Origin: Escherichia phage ECML-1
Length of the DNA stretch: 64,000 nucleotides
Strand: one strand, 5' to 3'
Sequence record: OL631478.1
Shown: piece by piece, positions 63,159 through 64,000 of the stretch
How the letters are laid out: each line of letters starts with the position of its first letter
Numbering within the stretch: the stretch's first letter is position 1
Translations under genes and position numbers: made by a program
The notes under the pieces: generated by a model
Told to the model about the DNA's origin: nothing
The model's database searches: none
Seen by the model: the letters and a program-made list of their open reading frames with translations, nothing else

Positions 63159-63359
63159 ATGGCTGACTTCTGCAAAGACTGTTCTATCGAAATGTTCGGA
63201 CGTGATACAGGTGACTTAAAAGGTCTTATCACTGAAGATGACTTTAAAGCTGGCTATGCAATGCCAGTAATCTGTGAAGGTTGCGGGTGTATCTGGGTAG
63301 ACCACGAAGGACAACGTGTAAAACCTTCAGAAGATAAAGAATCTTGGGAGAGATGTTAA
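63159..63359 (+). CDS. Small zinc-ribbon protein
   Basis: 66 aa with CKDC...CEGCGC. Confidence 0.4.
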   Translation: MADFCKDCSIEMFGRDTGDLKGLITEDDFKAGYAMPVICEGCGCIWVDHEGQRVKPSEDKESWERC

Positions 63360-64000
63360 ATGGGTATTGTAAAAGTTGTAAAAGGTAACTTACTGGCTGC
63401 CTTCAAAAACACAGATATTGAGTTAATTGCTCATGGTTGCAACTGTCGTAACCTCATGGGTGCTGGAATCGCTCAAAAAATTGCTAAGATTTTCCCAAAA
63501 GCTGAAGAAGCTGACCGGAAATTCCATAAAAAGTTTGGCTACAGTGCTCATGATATCGGATACCAGATGGTTGGTGAGGTGTCACATGCTCGAACGGAGT
63601 ATGGTTACATTTTTAACCTATATACACAGTTGGATGTTGGGAAGTGTGCATCATACCGATACTTAGTGGAGTCACTAGAAAAACTCCGTAAATTTTGCTG
63701 GCTGCACAACATTCGTAAGATTGGTTTACCCATGATTGGGGCAGGTATAGGCGGTTTAGATGCACAAGCTGTGAAAAGCCTCATTAATAGTGTTATGTAT
63801 AACGTTGATGTGTACCTCTACGTCTATGATGAAGCAATGGCAAGTGTAGTTACCCCTAAGTATGCTACCTCAGCACCACAATTCTATGATGGTGTCGTGC
63901 TAAGTGACGGGAAGACTAATCAAGTTACCCTCTATCAGCTTGTTGATGGCAAGGTTGAGGTTAGTTACCCTCTGGTTAGTGAGATGGGTATGTGTAACAG
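63360..64000 (+). CDS. Macro-domain protein (ADP-ribose binding/processing), 3'-partial
   Basis: ELIAHGCNCRNLMGAGIAQKIAKIF and LPMIGAGIGGL match macro-domain glycine-rich motifs; open frame from ATG at 63360 to window end. Confidence 0.65.
   Translation, partial: MGIVKVVKGNLLAAFKNTDIELIAHGCNCRNLMGAGIAQKIAKIFPKAEEADRKFHKKFGYSAHDIGYQMVGEVSHARTEYGYIFNLYTQLDVGKCASYRYLVESLEKLRKFCWLHNIRKIGLPMIGAGIGGLDAQAVKSLINSVMYNVDVYLYVYDEAMASVVTPKYATSAPQFYDGVVLSDGKTNQVTLYQLVDGKVEVSYPLVSEMGMCN

Overview
This window reads as a contiguous segment of a low-GC, virulent tailed phage genome (contractile-tail myovirus layout). Its gene content resembles Felix-O1-like phages, but that resemblance is from memory and was not tested by any search. 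Every protein call rests on motifs read by eye from the supplied translations plus gene order; no database search, HMM or folding was run.

Layout:
- 1-23.5 kb, + strand: structural/late module - terminase large subunit (possibly 5'-truncated by the window edge), portal, S49-like prohead protease fused to a scaffold-like tail, major capsid, sheath, tube, chaperone pair with a candidate -1 frameshift, tape measure, baseplate and two His-rich tail fibers.
- 23.6-33.8 kb, - strand: thymidylate synthase, DHFR, small zinc-ribbon/HTH/lipoprotein genes, ATP-dependent DNA ligase and family-A DNA polymerase.
- 34-64 kb, + strand: dNMP kinase, primase-helicase, SSB-like protein, FEN-type exonuclease, aerobic (NrdA/B/H) and anaerobic (NrdD/G) ribonucleotide reductases, a PRPP-synthetase-like and a NAMPT-like gene, rIIA/rIIB-like genes, an SLT-domain protein, a candidate spanin pair and a 3'-partial macro-domain protein. 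Four homing-endonuclease-like genes are interspersed.

Most worth a second look:
1. Four copies of a ~130-160 bp structured non-coding repeat unit (three in tandem at 27.16-27.56 kb, one at 28.69-28.86 kb). Each has a conserved block inside a hairpin whose stems differ between copies but stay complementary, an extremely C+A-rich G-poor tract, and a palindrome. Function unknown.
2. The Prs-like / NAMPT-like pair split by a homing endonuclease, plus the macro-domain gene: a candidate NAD+/ADP-ribose anti-defence module.
3. Recurrent composite elements in which a TTGACA-type promoter overlaps a stem-loop.

No tRNA, rRNA or CRISPR array was recognised.
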